A DNA stretch of 64,000 bases, from contig CAVXGK010000002.1 in the NCBI GenBank assembly GCA_963761305.1, forward strand, positions 800,001-864,000, in the 5' to 3' direction. Below, piece after piece: positions 9,076 through 20,066 of this stretch; the first letter of the stretch is position 1, and each line of letters starts with the position of its first letter. The notes below the pieces were generated by a model. The model ran no database searches. It saw nothing but the letters and a program-made list of their open reading frames with translations, and had not been told where the DNA came from. This stretch comes from an uncultured Gemmatimonadaceae bacterium. Lineage in GTDB: Bacteria > Gemmatimonadota > Gemmatimonadetes > Gemmatimonadales > Gemmatimonadaceae. The position numbers and the translations under genes were made by a program.

Positions 9076-10072
9076 AGAACAACTGCGCCGCTACCTCGAG
9101 CAGCGCCGCGAGATGGGCGAGACCGAGCTCCTGCTCGATCGCATGACCGTCGACGAGGCGATGCGCTTGCTCGGCGCGCCGGCGACGAGTGGCGCAAAAC
9201 AAACCAGCGCGCCGTCGGAGAGCGAAGTCACAACGCCGCCGGATCCGAACGATTGGCGAGCGATTCTGCGCGCGGCGGATGTGGCGCCGTCGGCGGGTGG
9301 ACCGGTGGACCGAACTGACGGTGGACCGGTGGACCGGTGGACCGGTGGACCGGCAACGACGGCGAAACCTCCGGAAGACACCTCGTTTGCCGCGCCAGAA
9401 AAAGCGAGTGCGGAGCCGCCGGTGGCACCGATCGTTTCTGTTGCACCGGGCATCTCCGTTGGAACGCCGGTAGGTGAATTGTTTGGCGGACCGATGGCGG
9501 CGCTCGACTCGCTCGAGGCGATCGCTGCGCACGTCGCGAGCTGCACGCGGTGCCCGCTCCATGCGACGGCGACGAACCCGGTGCCTGGCGAAGGGAATCC
9601 CAACGCGGACTTCATGTGCGTCGGTGAAGCGCCGGGTGCGACCGAAGATCAAACCGGACGTCCGTTCGTCGGCGCGGCGGGACAACTCCTCACCAAAATC
9701 CTCGCCGCAATCGATTTCAAGCGCGAGGACGTCTACATCTGCAACGTCCTCAAACATCGTCCGCCGGGAAACCGTAACCCTCTACCGGACGAAGTAAAGG
9801 CCTGTTCGCCCTACCTGATTCGCCAGATCGAACTGATTCAACCCAAAGTGATTCTCGCGCTTGGCACATTTGCCGCGCAGACGCTCTTGAACACCACGCT
9901 GTCGATCGGCAAGTTGCGCGGCCAGGTTCACCGCTATTACGGTGTACCACTCGTCGTCACGTATCACCCTGCCGCGCTTCTCCGGAATCCGGGTTGGAAG
10001 CGTCCCACTTGGGAAGATGTCCAGCTCGCCCGTCGAATTCTCGATCAGCCCCACCCATCCGCCGGCGCGTGA
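9065..10072 (+). CDS. Uracil-DNA glycosylase family 4 (4Fe-4S) with a long low-complexity N-terminal linker
   Basis: CTRCPL, GEAPG, GRPFVG, TYHPAALLR; GTG 9065 overlaps the coaBC end. Confidence 0.93.
   Translation: MDAREQLRRYLEQRREMGETELLLDRMTVDEAMRLLGAPATSGAKQTSAPSESEVTTPPDPNDWRAILRAADVAPSAGGPVDRTDGGPVDRWTGGPATTAKPPEDTSFAAPEKASAEPPVAPIVSVAPGISVGTPVGELFGGPMAALDSLEAIAAHVASCTRCPLHATATNPVPGEGNPNADFMCVGEAPGATEDQTGRPFVGAAGQLLTKILAAIDFKREDVYICNVLKHRPPGNRNPLPDEVKACSPYLIRQIELIQPKVILALGTFAAQTLLNTTLSIGKLRGQVHRYYGVPLVVTYHPAALLRNPGWKRPTWEDVQLARRILDQPHPSAGA
9296..9351 (+). repeat. Tandem octamer repeat: six GGTGGACC units plus one degenerate unit, inside the udg CDS
   Basis: GGTGGACC x2, GAACTGAC, GGTGGACC x4 read directly. 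Confidence 0.95.
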
Positions 10073-11420
10073 TCCGTACCGCGATCGGCGTCCTCCGTAC
10101 TCGGAGGACGCCGAGCAGGCGGTGCTCTCGGCGATGCTGATCGACCAGGACGCGGTGCTCCGCGCGGTCGAATTCGTCGATGACACGATGTTCTACGCCG
10201 AGCGCCATCGCCGACTCTTTCGCGCGATGGTGGGCATCGCCGAGCGCGGAGGCGTCGTCGATCCGCTCACGTTGTCCGACGAGCTCCAACGGCGCGGCGA
10301 TCTCGAAGGCTCGGGCGGCAAGGACTACATCGGCTTTCTCGTCGACGCAGTGCCGACGGCGGCGAACATCGAGTATCACGCGCAGATCGTGCGCGAGAAG
10401 TCGATCCTCCGCCGCCTGATCGAAGTCTCCACGTCGATCGTCGCCGAAGCGTTCGACGGCCACGTCACGGCGCGCCAGCTGCTCGACGACGCGGAGTCGA
10501 AGATCTTTCAGGTGGCCCAGCAGCAGACGCGCGAAGGGTTCACGCGACTGAAAGAGCTGCTCTGGCCGACGATGGAACGAATCGAGAAGCTGCACGCCGG
10601 CGGCACGACCGTCACCGGCGTGGCGAGCGGCTTCGGCGATCTCGACGAGATCACGTCGGGCTTCCAGCCGTCCGACCTGATCATCGTCGCCGCGCGCCCG
10701 TCGATGGGGAAGACGGCGTTCACGTTGAACGTCGCGCAATACGCGGCCATCGAGCACAAAGTTCCGGTTGCACTCTTCTCGCTGGAAATGAGTAAAGAGT
10801 CTCTCGTGCAACGCATGCTGACTTCCGAGGCCCGCATCGACGCGCAGCGACTCCGCAAAGGATTGCTGCGCGACGACGATTTTCCGCGCCTGGCGCGCGC
10901 CGCCGGCATCCTCGGCACGGCGCCGGTGTGGATCGACGACACGCCCGGCATCACGCTGCTCGAGATGCGGTCGAAGGCGCGTCGACTGAAGACGGAGTCG
11001 GGCATCGGCCTCGTGATCGTCGATTACCTGCAGCTCATGCAGGGGCCCAGCCACGCCGAGAGCCGGCAACAGGAAGTGAGTCAGATCTCGCGCGGACTGA
11101 AAGCGCTCGCCAAGGAGCTGAACGTTCCGGTCATCGCGCTGTCGCAGCTGTCGCGCGCGCCGGAGCAACGCACCGGCGACAACAAGCGTCCGCAGCTCTC
11201 CGACCTGCGCGAGTCGGGCGCGATCGAGCAGGACGCGGATCTCATCATGTTCCTGTATCGCCAGGAATTCTACGACGGCCCCACCGACAAGGACGGCAAT
11301 TCGCTCGAGGGCAAAGCCGAGGTGATCGTCGGCAAGCAGCGCAACGGTCCGACCGGCCTCGTGAATCTCTTCTTCCATAAGCAGTACACGCGCTTCGAGA
11401 GCTATTCGCAGCGGAGCTAG
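10017..11420 (+). CDS. dnaB: Replicative DNA helicase
   Basis: AEQAVL, AARPSMGKT, VDYLQLM, SQLSR, SDLRESGAIEQDAD, KQRNGPTG; no intein. Confidence 0.97.
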   Translation: MSSSPVEFSISPTHPPARDPYRDRRPPYSEDAEQAVLSAMLIDQDAVLRAVEFVDDTMFYAERHRRLFRAMVGIAERGGVVDPLTLSDELQRRGDLEGSGGKDYIGFLVDAVPTAANIEYHAQIVREKSILRRLIEVSTSIVAEAFDGHVTARQLLDDAESKIFQVAQQQTREGFTRLKELLWPTMERIEKLHAGGTTVTGVASGFGDLDEITSGFQPSDLIIVAARPSMGKTAFTLNVAQYAAIEHKVPVALFSLEMSKESLVQRMLTSEARIDAQRLRKGLLRDDDFPRLARAAGILGTAPVWIDDTPGITLLEMRSKARRLKTESGIGLVIVDYLQLMQGPSHAESRQQEVSQISRGLKALAKELNVPVIALSQLSRAPEQRTGDNKRPQLSDLRESGAIEQDADLIMFLYRQEFYDGPTDKDGNSLEGKAEVIVGKQRNGPTGLVNLFFHKQYTRFESYSQRS

Positions 11421-11476
11421 TGTGTCGCAGGCCGGGTCCGTAGCGCGTTCGGCTTTTCTTACGCCCGTTGCAAATC

Positions 11477-11658
11477 TACGAAACGGTACTGCAACGATTT
11501 CGCGGACGGAGCGGATTTCGCGGAGAAATGCTTTTGTGAAGTGCTTGAATATTGGTCCGCGTCGGCACACCGGGCCTCGCAGCTTGATGCTCCCAAAGTC
11601 TTTGCTGTTTCCGCGCCAATCTGTTCAGTCCGCGAAATCGTTGCAGTACCGTGTCGTA
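11477..11658. repeat. Long intergenic inverted repeat (MITE/REP-like or structured RNA element)
   Basis: Perfect 25-bp arms ACGGTACTGCAACGATTTCGCGGAC (11483-11507) and its reverse complement (11628-11652); extends outward to 31 bp with one mismatch and inward imperfectly. Confidence 0.9.
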
Positions 11659-11728
11659 ATGGCCCGCCCGCCACACAACCGCCGCCCAGCGAGATCTTCG
11701 TCGGCAGTCCCCGCTAAGCTTCGAAATC

Positions 11729-13126
11729 ATGGCGAAAGTGAAGACGGCCTATCGCTGCACCGAGTGCGGCGCTGAACACTCGAAGTGGCAAGGCCGCTGC
11801 GACACGTGCGGCGAGTGGAACACGCTCGTCGAAGAGATCGTCACGCCGCGGGTCGCGTCGGGTGCGATGAGCGCGCGGCGGGCGGCGGGCGCTCGCGGAC
11901 TCGCCGAAGGCGGAAGCGTCGCCGTGGCGCCCAGATTGCGCGACGTGGTCGGATCGCATGCCGACCGATGGCAGACTGGACTCGACGAATTCGACTTCGT
12001 GCTCGGCGGCGGCGTCGTGCCCGGGTCGATGATTCTCGTGGGCGGGGAGCCGGGCATCGGCAAGTCGACACTCCTGCTACAAGTCGCGGCGCGACTCGAG
12101 GCGACGGGACGCCCGGTGCTGTACGCGTCGGGTGAGGAATCGGCGCTCCAGGTTCGCCTTCGCGCCGACCGGCTCGGCGGAAACGCGGGAGAGGTCTCGC
12201 TGCTGAGCGAAACCAATCTCGAGACGATTCTCGCCACCGCGGCGGCAGCACCGCCGGCGGCGCTGATCGTCGACTCGGTGCAGACCGTGTTCACGACGGA
12301 TCTCGAAGGCGCGCCGGGGAACGTCGGTCAGGTGCGCGAGTGCGCGGCGCGGCTCATGCGTTTCGCGAAGGAGAGTGGAACGACGGTGTTCGTCGTCGGC
12401 CACGTGACCAAAGGCGGCGGCATCGCCGGACCCAAGACGCTCGAGCACATCGTCGATACCGTGCTGTATTTCGAGGGCGAAGGCACGCTCGACCACCGCC
12501 TGCTGCGCGCGACGAAGAACCGATTCGGCAGCGTCGACGAGATCGGCGTCTTCCGCATGACGGAGCGGGGGCTCAACCCCGTCGCCAACCCGTCGGAGCT
12601 ATTCCTCGGCGACCGCACGCAGACGGCGTCGGGATCGGCGCTGACCGCGCTGCTCGAGGGCACGCGACCGGTGCTCGTCGAGATTCAAGCGCTCGTCGCG
12701 AAAGCGGGCTTCGGCACGCCGCAGCGCGTCGCGACCGGGTTCGACGGACGGCGACTCGCGCTGCTGCTCGCCGTGCTCGACAAGCGCGCCGGACTCTCGT
12801 TCGCGCAGCTCGACGTGTTCGTGAACGTCGTGGGTGGAATTCGACTGCAGGAGCCGGCCGGCGATCTCGCCGTCGCCGTGGCGCTCGCGTCGAGCGTGTA
12901 CGATCGAGCGCTGGCGCCCGATTCGGTGTTCGCCGGCGAAGTCGGACTCGGCGGCGAGGTGCGGGCCGTGTCGCAGCCCGAGCGACGCATCGCCGAAGCG
13001 GCAAACCTTGGCATGCGCCGGATCTATCTCGCCGAACGCGGCGTTCCAAAGCGCGTGACGCGGGACATCGAGGTCGTGGGCGTGCGGACGATCGGCGAGC
13101 TGTTTCAGCGCGTGTTCGCGCAATGA
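11729..13126 (+). CDS. radA: DNA repair protein RadA/Sms
   Basis: CTECG..WQGRCDTCGEWN zinc finger, GGEPGIGKST, KNRFG motif, Lon-like C-terminus. Confidence 0.97.
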   Translation: MAKVKTAYRCTECGAEHSKWQGRCDTCGEWNTLVEEIVTPRVASGAMSARRAAGARGLAEGGSVAVAPRLRDVVGSHADRWQTGLDEFDFVLGGGVVPGSMILVGGEPGIGKSTLLLQVAARLEATGRPVLYASGEESALQVRLRADRLGGNAGEVSLLSETNLETILATAAAAPPAALIVDSVQTVFTTDLEGAPGNVGQVRECAARLMRFAKESGTTVFVVGHVTKGGGIAGPKTLEHIVDTVLYFEGEGTLDHRLLRATKNRFGSVDEIGVFRMTERGLNPVANPSELFLGDRTQTASGSALTALLEGTRPVLVEIQALVAKAGFGTPQRVATGFDGRRLALLLAVLDKRAGLSFAQLDVFVNVVGGIRLQEPAGDLAVAVALASSVYDRALAPDSVFAGEVGLGGEVRAVSQPERRIAEAANLGMRRIYLAERGVPKRVTRDIEVVGVRTIGELFQRVFAQ

Positions 13127-13842
13127 CCGACGGCCGGCCGACGTCGAGCGGACAGACGCGCGACGTCGGCGTCGTGATCGTCGCCGGCGGCGGCAGCACG
13201 CGAACGAGCGGCACGGAGCTGAAGCAGTTCCGCTGGGTCGCCGGCAAGCCGGCGCTCCTGCACAGCCTCCAGACGTTCATGGCACGCGGCGATGTCGTCG
13301 GCGTGGTAGTCGTGTTGCCGCGCGAATACGTCGCCGATCCGCCGCCGTGGGTGTTTCAGTGCGACGTCGACCGGCTCATGGTGTCGGTCGGCGGCGCATC
13401 GCGCACCGAATCCGTCCGCAACGGACTCGAGGATTTGCCAGACGAAGCCGCTGTCGTGCTCGTCCACGACGCCGCGCGTCCGCTCGTCGGCGATGCGACG
13501 ATCGATCGTGTCGTCGAGTCCGCGCGCGCCGGCGTGAGCGCGATCGCCGCGCTGCCCGTGGTCGATACGTTGAAGGAAGTGGATTCCGAGGGAAGAATCG
13601 TGCGCACGATCGACCGCGACCGGCTGTGGCGCGCGCAGACGCCGCAGGGGTTTCCGCGCGAAGTCATCGTGCGGGCGCACCGTCATGCGCATGCGAACAG
13701 ACTCACCGCGACCGACGACGCCGCGCTGTGCGAATTGATCGGCGAACCGGTGCACGTCGTGCGCGGCAGCGAGCGCGCGCTCAAGATCACCGAGGACGCG
13801 GACTTCGACCGCGCGGAGGCATTCTTTCCGCTCGCCGAATGA
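13123..13842 (+). CDS. ispD: 2-C-methyl-D-erythritol 4-phosphate cytidylyltransferase
   Basis: VAGGGSTR..KQF, VHDAARP, AQTPQGF, TDDA, KIT; ATGA overlap with radA. Confidence 0.95.
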   Translation: MTDGRPTSSGQTRDVGVVIVAGGGSTRTSGTELKQFRWVAGKPALLHSLQTFMARGDVVGVVVVLPREYVADPPPWVFQCDVDRLMVSVGGASRTESVRNGLEDLPDEAAVVLVHDAARPLVGDATIDRVVESARAGVSAIAALPVVDTLKEVDSEGRIVRTIDRDRLWRAQTPQGFPREVIVRAHRHAHANRLTATDDAALCELIGEPVHVVRGSERALKITEDADFDRAEAFFPLAE

Positions 13843-14510
13843 GAGTCGAGTCGCTCTCGATCCCGTTCTGGTCGGCCGAAGAGATCGGCGCGGCGATCAA
13901 GCCGGCGCTCGAACAGATCGCCGCGCGCAAGGTGCTCGCCTATCCGACGGAAACGGTGTACGGCTTCGGCGGCGGCATCGATCGCGACTCAGTGGACACG
14001 CTCGTGCGACTCAAGCGACGTCCACCGGGCAAGCCGTTCCTGCTGCTCATCTCCGGGCCGGACATGATCGAGCGTCTCGATCTGCGGCTGCCGAGCTACG
14101 CGGCGAATCTGGTGACGCGCCATTGGCCCGGCCCATTGACGCTGGTGCTCGCCGGCGGCGAGCGTCGCGTGCCCGATGTGCTCCGCGGTCCGGAGGGCGG
14201 CGTCGCCGTGCGGTGGACGAGCCACGCCGGCATCACGCGACTGATTCACGCGCACGGGGATGCGATCACGTCGACGAGCGCCAACCGTCCGGGGGTTCCC
14301 CCGGCCATGCGTGCCGCTGAGATTCTGTCACAATGGGGCGATGCGGTGACGCGAGGCGAACTCAGGGTGCTCGACGGCGGCGCGTTGACGCCGTCGAAGC
14401 CGTCGACGGTGATCGACTGTACCGGCCGGCGGGCGCGCGTCATTCGTCCCGGGGCGATCTCGGCGGCGACGCTGCGCGAGAGCGTGCCCAACCTGATCGG
14501 AGATGCGTGA
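13839..14510 (+). CDS. tsaC: L-threonylcarbamoyladenylate synthase (Sua5/YrdC domain)
   Basis: YPTETVYG, LKRRP..KP, WPGPLT, STSAN, PSTVID. Confidence 0.92.
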   Translation: MRVESLSIPFWSAEEIGAAIKPALEQIAARKVLAYPTETVYGFGGGIDRDSVDTLVRLKRRPPGKPFLLLISGPDMIERLDLRLPSYAANLVTRHWPGPLTLVLAGGERRVPDVLRGPEGGVAVRWTSHAGITRLIHAHGDAITSTSANRPGVPPAMRAAEILSQWGDAVTRGELRVLDGGALTPSKPSTVIDCTGRRARVIRPGAISAATLRESVPNLIGDA

Positions 14511-14982
14511 TCGCATGAAGATCCTGTTCGTCTGCACCGGCAACACGTGCCGCAGTCCGCTCGCCGAGGCGATCGCGCGAAAGGTCGCCATCGAGCGCGG
14601 GCTGACCGACGTCGACCCGTCGAGCGCCGGAACGAGCGCGCACACGGGCGCGCCGGCGAGCGATGGCGCGCTGCTCGTCGGCATGGAGCGGAACATGGAT
14701 CTCACGACGCACCGCGCGCAGACGCTCACCCGCGAGCTGGTGCAGAACGCCGACCTCATTCTCGCCATGGGCCCGCACCACCTGGAGCGGGTCGAGGCAC
14801 TCGGCGGCGGCGGACGCGCGTATCTGTTGTCGGAGTATGCGTCGCACGGTGCGTCGGTGCGACCGATCAGCGATCCGGTCGGCGCGGAGCTGGAGGTCTA
14901 TCGGGCAACGGCGACCGAGCTCGAAGAAGAGATCCGTCGCGTGTTGGATCGAATCACGGCGGAGCGCACGGGGGCGACGTGA
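14503..14982 (+). CDS. Low-molecular-weight protein phosphatase, YwlE-like (probable arginine phosphatase)
   Basis: FVCTGNTCRSPLAE P-loop, SAGT, ISDPVG. Confidence 0.88.
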   Translation: MRDRMKILFVCTGNTCRSPLAEAIARKVAIERGLTDVDPSSAGTSAHTGAPASDGALLVGMERNMDLTTHRAQTLTRELVQNADLILAMGPHHLERVEALGGGGRAYLLSEYASHGASVRPISDPVGAELEVYRATATELEEEIRRVLDRITAERTGAT

Positions 14983-15815
14983 CGGCACCGCCCGAGCGAC
15001 TGGTGCTGCTCGGCCATCCCGTCGCCCACTCGAAGTCGCCGCAAATGCACAACGCGGCGCTGGCCTCGGCCGGGATCGGAGCGCGATACGAGGCGCTCGA
15101 CGTCGCGCCCGAAGAGTTCGATTCGGTAGTTCGAGATCTGACACGCGACCACGCGGCCGGGAACGTCACGATCCCGCACAAAGCGCGCATGTACGCCGCG
15201 TGCGCGACGCTGTCGCCGGTCGCCCAACGCGTGGGCGCGGTGAACACGTGGTGGGTGAACGACGACGGCTCGCTCTCCGGCGACAACACCGACGTGGGCG
15301 GACTGCATCACGCGGTGCTTCGATTGTTCGACGCGACGGTGGTGCCGGCCAAGCTGCGCGTCGGTGTGCTCGGGGCGGGCGGCGCCGCCGCGGCGGTCGT
15401 CGCCGCGGTGGAATCGTGGCCGTCGGCGACCGTGCGCGTTCACAACCGGACGGCCGCGCGGGCCCGCGCGCTGTGCGAGCGATTTGGCGCCGTCGCGCAA
15501 CCGGTCGATGACGCACGCGCGCTGGACGGCGCCGATCTTCTCGTCAATGCGACATCCATCGGCATGCGCAACGACGACACTGCGTTCGACGTGTCGGGTC
15601 TGCGGAGCACTGCCCGCGTCCTCGACCTCGTGTACCGGCGCGAGCCGACGCCGCTCGTCCGCGCGGCGCGCGCGCGGGGATTGGCCGCGGCCGATGGACT
15701 CGCGATGCTCGTCGAACAGGCGGCGTTGGCATTCGAGCGATGGTTCGGCGTAGCGCCCGATCGGCATACGATGTTGCGCGCGGCGCAGGGTGGCGACGGA
15801 GAGGTCGCGACCTAG
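14979..15815 (+). CDS. aroE: Shikimate dehydrogenase
   Basis: GHPVAHSKSP, NVTIPHK, GAVNT, GDNTD, GAGGAA, NATSIG. Confidence 0.95.
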   Translation: MTAPPERLVLLGHPVAHSKSPQMHNAALASAGIGARYEALDVAPEEFDSVVRDLTRDHAAGNVTIPHKARMYAACATLSPVAQRVGAVNTWWVNDDGSLSGDNTDVGGLHHAVLRLFDATVVPAKLRVGVLGAGGAAAAVVAAVESWPSATVRVHNRTAARARALCERFGAVAQPVDDARALDGADLLVNATSIGMRNDDTAFDVSGLRSTARVLDLVYRREPTPLVRAARARGLAAADGLAMLVEQAALAFERWFGVAPDRHTMLRAAQGGDGEVAT

Positions 15816-15838
15816 GCTCGGCGCTGGCCGACTTTCTG

Positions 15839-17568
<1,730 letters not shown>

Positions 17569-17580
17569 CACGAATCCATC

Positions 17581-18777
17581 ATGAACAAAAAGACGATTCG
17601 CGATCTCTCGGATCAGGAAGTAAAAGGCCGTCGCGCACTCGTGCGCGTGGACTTCAACGTTCCCCTGGAGAAGGGCCGAGTCACCGACGACACCCGCGTT
17701 CGCGCGGCGTTGCCGACGATTCAAGCGCTCCTCGACCGAGGCGCGCGCGTCGTCCTCCTTTCCCATCTCGGGCGTCCCAAGGGAAAGCCCGAGTCGAAGT
17801 ACTCCCTCGAGCCGGTCGCGCGCCGGCTCGGCGAGTTGATGCCGGGACAGCACGTGGTGTTCATCGAGTCGACCGACACCGACGAAGCGGTGAAGGCCAC
17901 GCACGATCCCGCCGCGCGCGTCGTCGTGCTGGAGAACACCCGCTTTCTCGAAGGCGAGGAAGAGAACAACCAAGCCGTCTGTCGGGAACTCGCCGAGCTC
18001 GGCGACTTCTTCGTCAATGACGCGTTCGGATCGGCGCACCGCGCGCACGCGTCGACCGAAGGCATCGCGCACTGCCTGCACCCGGCGGTGGCCGGACTTC
18101 TCATGCAGCGCGAGCTCGACTACCTCGGCGCCACGCTCGAGAATCCCAAGCGGCCGTTCGTCGCCATCCTCGGCGGCGCCAAGATCTCGGGCAAGATCGA
18201 CGTCATCGAACAACTGTTGCCGCGCGTCGATCGGCTGCTGATCGGCGGCGCGATGGCGTGCACGTTCTTCAAGGCGATGGGGCTCGAGGTCGGGAAGTCA
18301 CTCGTCGAAGCCGACCGCGTGGACATGGCCAAGGAGCTGCTGGCCCGCGGCGGCGCGAAGATCTTTCTTCCGTCCGACGCGATGGTCGCGAAATCGCTGG
18401 ACGCACCGCAGACGGCGCACGCCGTGAGCCGCACAGCCATTCCCGCCGACGAGGCGATGTTCGACATCGGTCCGGCGTCGGCAGGACAGTTCGCCGGCGT
18501 CATCGAGGGCGCGAAGACGATTCTCTGGAACGGTCCGATGGGCGTGTTCGAGACGAGCGCCTTCGGCGCCGGCACGCGCGCGATCGCCGAGTCGATGGCG
18601 ACGGCCACGCAGCTCGGCGCCACGACGATCGTCGGCGGCGGCGATTCCGCGGCCGCGGTGGCCGGACTCGGCCTCGAGGCCGCGATGAGCCACGTGTCGA
18701 CCGGCGGCGGCGCCTCGCTTGAGTTCCTGGAAGGGAAGGTGCTGCCCGGCGTGGCCGCGCTCGACGACAGGATCTGA
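17581..18777 (+). CDS. pgk: Phosphoglycerate kinase
   Basis: RVDFNVP, SHLGRP, NDAFG.AHRAHAS, STGGGASLEFLEG. Confidence 0.98.
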   Translation: MNKKTIRDLSDQEVKGRRALVRVDFNVPLEKGRVTDDTRVRAALPTIQALLDRGARVVLLSHLGRPKGKPESKYSLEPVARRLGELMPGQHVVFIESTDTDEAVKATHDPAARVVVLENTRFLEGEEENNQAVCRELAELGDFFVNDAFGSAHRAHASTEGIAHCLHPAVAGLLMQRELDYLGATLENPKRPFVAILGGAKISGKIDVIEQLLPRVDRLLIGGAMACTFFKAMGLEVGKSLVEADRVDMAKELLARGGAKIFLPSDAMVAKSLDAPQTAHAVSRTAIPADEAMFDIGPASAGQFAGVIEGAKTILWNGPMGVFETSAFGAGTRAIAESMATATQLGATTIVGGGDSAAAVAGLGLEAAMSHVSTGGGASLEFLEGKVLPGVAALDDRI

Positions 18778-19527
18778 ATGCAGCGACCGGTCTTCGCGGC
18801 AAACTGGAAAATGAATCACGGCCCGACCGCGGCGCGCGCGTTCGTGGCGGAGTTCACGGCGCGGTGGTCGCCGCGGTCGGATCGTACGGTCTTGTTGTTT
18901 CCGCCGACGCTCTCGGTCACCACCGTGGTCACGGCACTGTCGACACGCACCGACATCGGGGTCGGCGTGCAGAACGTCTGGACCGAAGACAAAGGCGCCT
19001 TCACGGGTGAGAACTCGGCGCCGATGGCGCGCGACGCCGGAGCGCGCTTCGCGCTGGTCGGTCACTCGGAGCGCCGACACGTGTTCGGTGAGACCGACGA
19101 GCAGACGGCGCTCAAGTGCGCGGCGGCGGCGCGCAACGACCTCGTTCCGATCCTGTGCGTCGGCGAATTGCTTTCGCAGCGCGAATCGGGAGAGACCGAA
19201 TCGGTCGTCCTGCGCCAGCTCGAAACGGGGCTCTCCAAGCTCTCGCCGTCGGTGATTTCGTCGATGGCGATCGCCTACGAGCCCGTCTGGGCCATCGGCA
19301 CGGGAAAGACAGCCACCCCGCAGGACGCGTCGACCGTGCACGCATCGATTCGCACCGCGCTCGAGTCGCGCGTGCCGGGCGCGGCAGCGGGGATTCCGAT
19401 TCTGTACGGCGGAAGCGTCAATCCGGGAAATGCCGGCGCACTGCTCGCCGCGAACGGTGTAGACGGACTACTGGTCGGCGGCGCGAGCCTCGTCGCCGAC
19501 GATTGGGTGCGCATCTGCGGCACTTGA
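18778..19527 (+). CDS. tpiA: Triosephosphate isomerase
   Basis: ANWKM, GHSERR, AYEPVWAIGTG, LYGGSV, LVGGASL. Confidence 0.98.
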   Translation: MQRPVFAANWKMNHGPTAARAFVAEFTARWSPRSDRTVLLFPPTLSVTTVVTALSTRTDIGVGVQNVWTEDKGAFTGENSAPMARDAGARFALVGHSERRHVFGETDEQTALKCAAAARNDLVPILCVGELLSQRESGETESVVLRQLETGLSKLSPSVISSMAIAYEPVWAIGTGKTATPQDASTVHASIRTALESRVPGAAAGIPILYGGSVNPGNAGALLAANGVDGLLVGGASLVADDWVRICGT

Positions 19528-19588
19528 CGCGCTGCGCTAAGTGTCGTGATATTTTAGGCTTACACTTCGCCACATAGAGCAGCTGAAC

Positions 19589-20062
19589 ATGGTGTATACG
19601 TTCCTTCTCGTCCTGCTGATCATCGACAGCATCCTGCTGGTCGCCGCGGTTCTGCTGCAGTCCGGTCAAGGCGGCGGGTTGGCCGCGTCGTTCGGCGGCG
19701 TCAGCAGCTCGACCAGCTCGTTCATGGGCACGCGCCAAGCCGGCAACCTGCTCACGAAGGCGAGCTGGTGGTGCGGCGGTCTCTTCCTCGGCTTGTCGTT
19801 CCTCCTTGCGATCGCTTCGACGCGCAGCCGCGCACCGAAGTCGGTTCTGGATCAGACGTTCCAGCCGCCTCCGGTTTCCGCTCCCGCTCCGGTGAACGCC
19901 GCGCCCGGCGGCGCCAACGCGGTCCCTGGTCTCGCTCCGGCGAACCCGGCTCCGACCGGCGCCGCGCCGACCACGCCGTCTGGCGCCAAGCCGACGACGA
20001 CGAATCCGAGCACGAAGACGCCCGCTCCGACGACGCCAAAGCCAGCCCCGAAAAAGCCGTGA
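19589..20062 (+). CDS. secG: Preprotein translocase subunit SecG with a long Pro/Thr/Ala-rich C-terminal tail
   Basis: [17 protein letters not shown], two TM segments, follows tpiA. Confidence 0.92.
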   Translation: MVYTFLLVLLIIDSILLVAAVLLQSGQGGGLAASFGGVSSSTSSFMGTRQAGNLLTKASWWCGGLFLGLSFLLAIASTRSRAPKSVLDQTFQPPPVSAPAPVNAAPGGANAVPGLAPANPAPTGAAPTTPSGAKPTTTNPSTKTPAPTTPKPAPKKP

Positions 20063-20066
20063 GCGC

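Noticed and set aside
9296..9351. CRISPR-like array
   Set aside because: 8-bp units with no unique spacers and no cas genes
10017..11420. Intein in DnaB
   Set aside because: Normal length and contiguous helicase motifs
11534..11551. Rex-like site TTGTGAA-GTGC-TTGAATA inside the palindromic element
   Set aside because: Right half matches only 4 of 7 and the site is far from a plausible promoter
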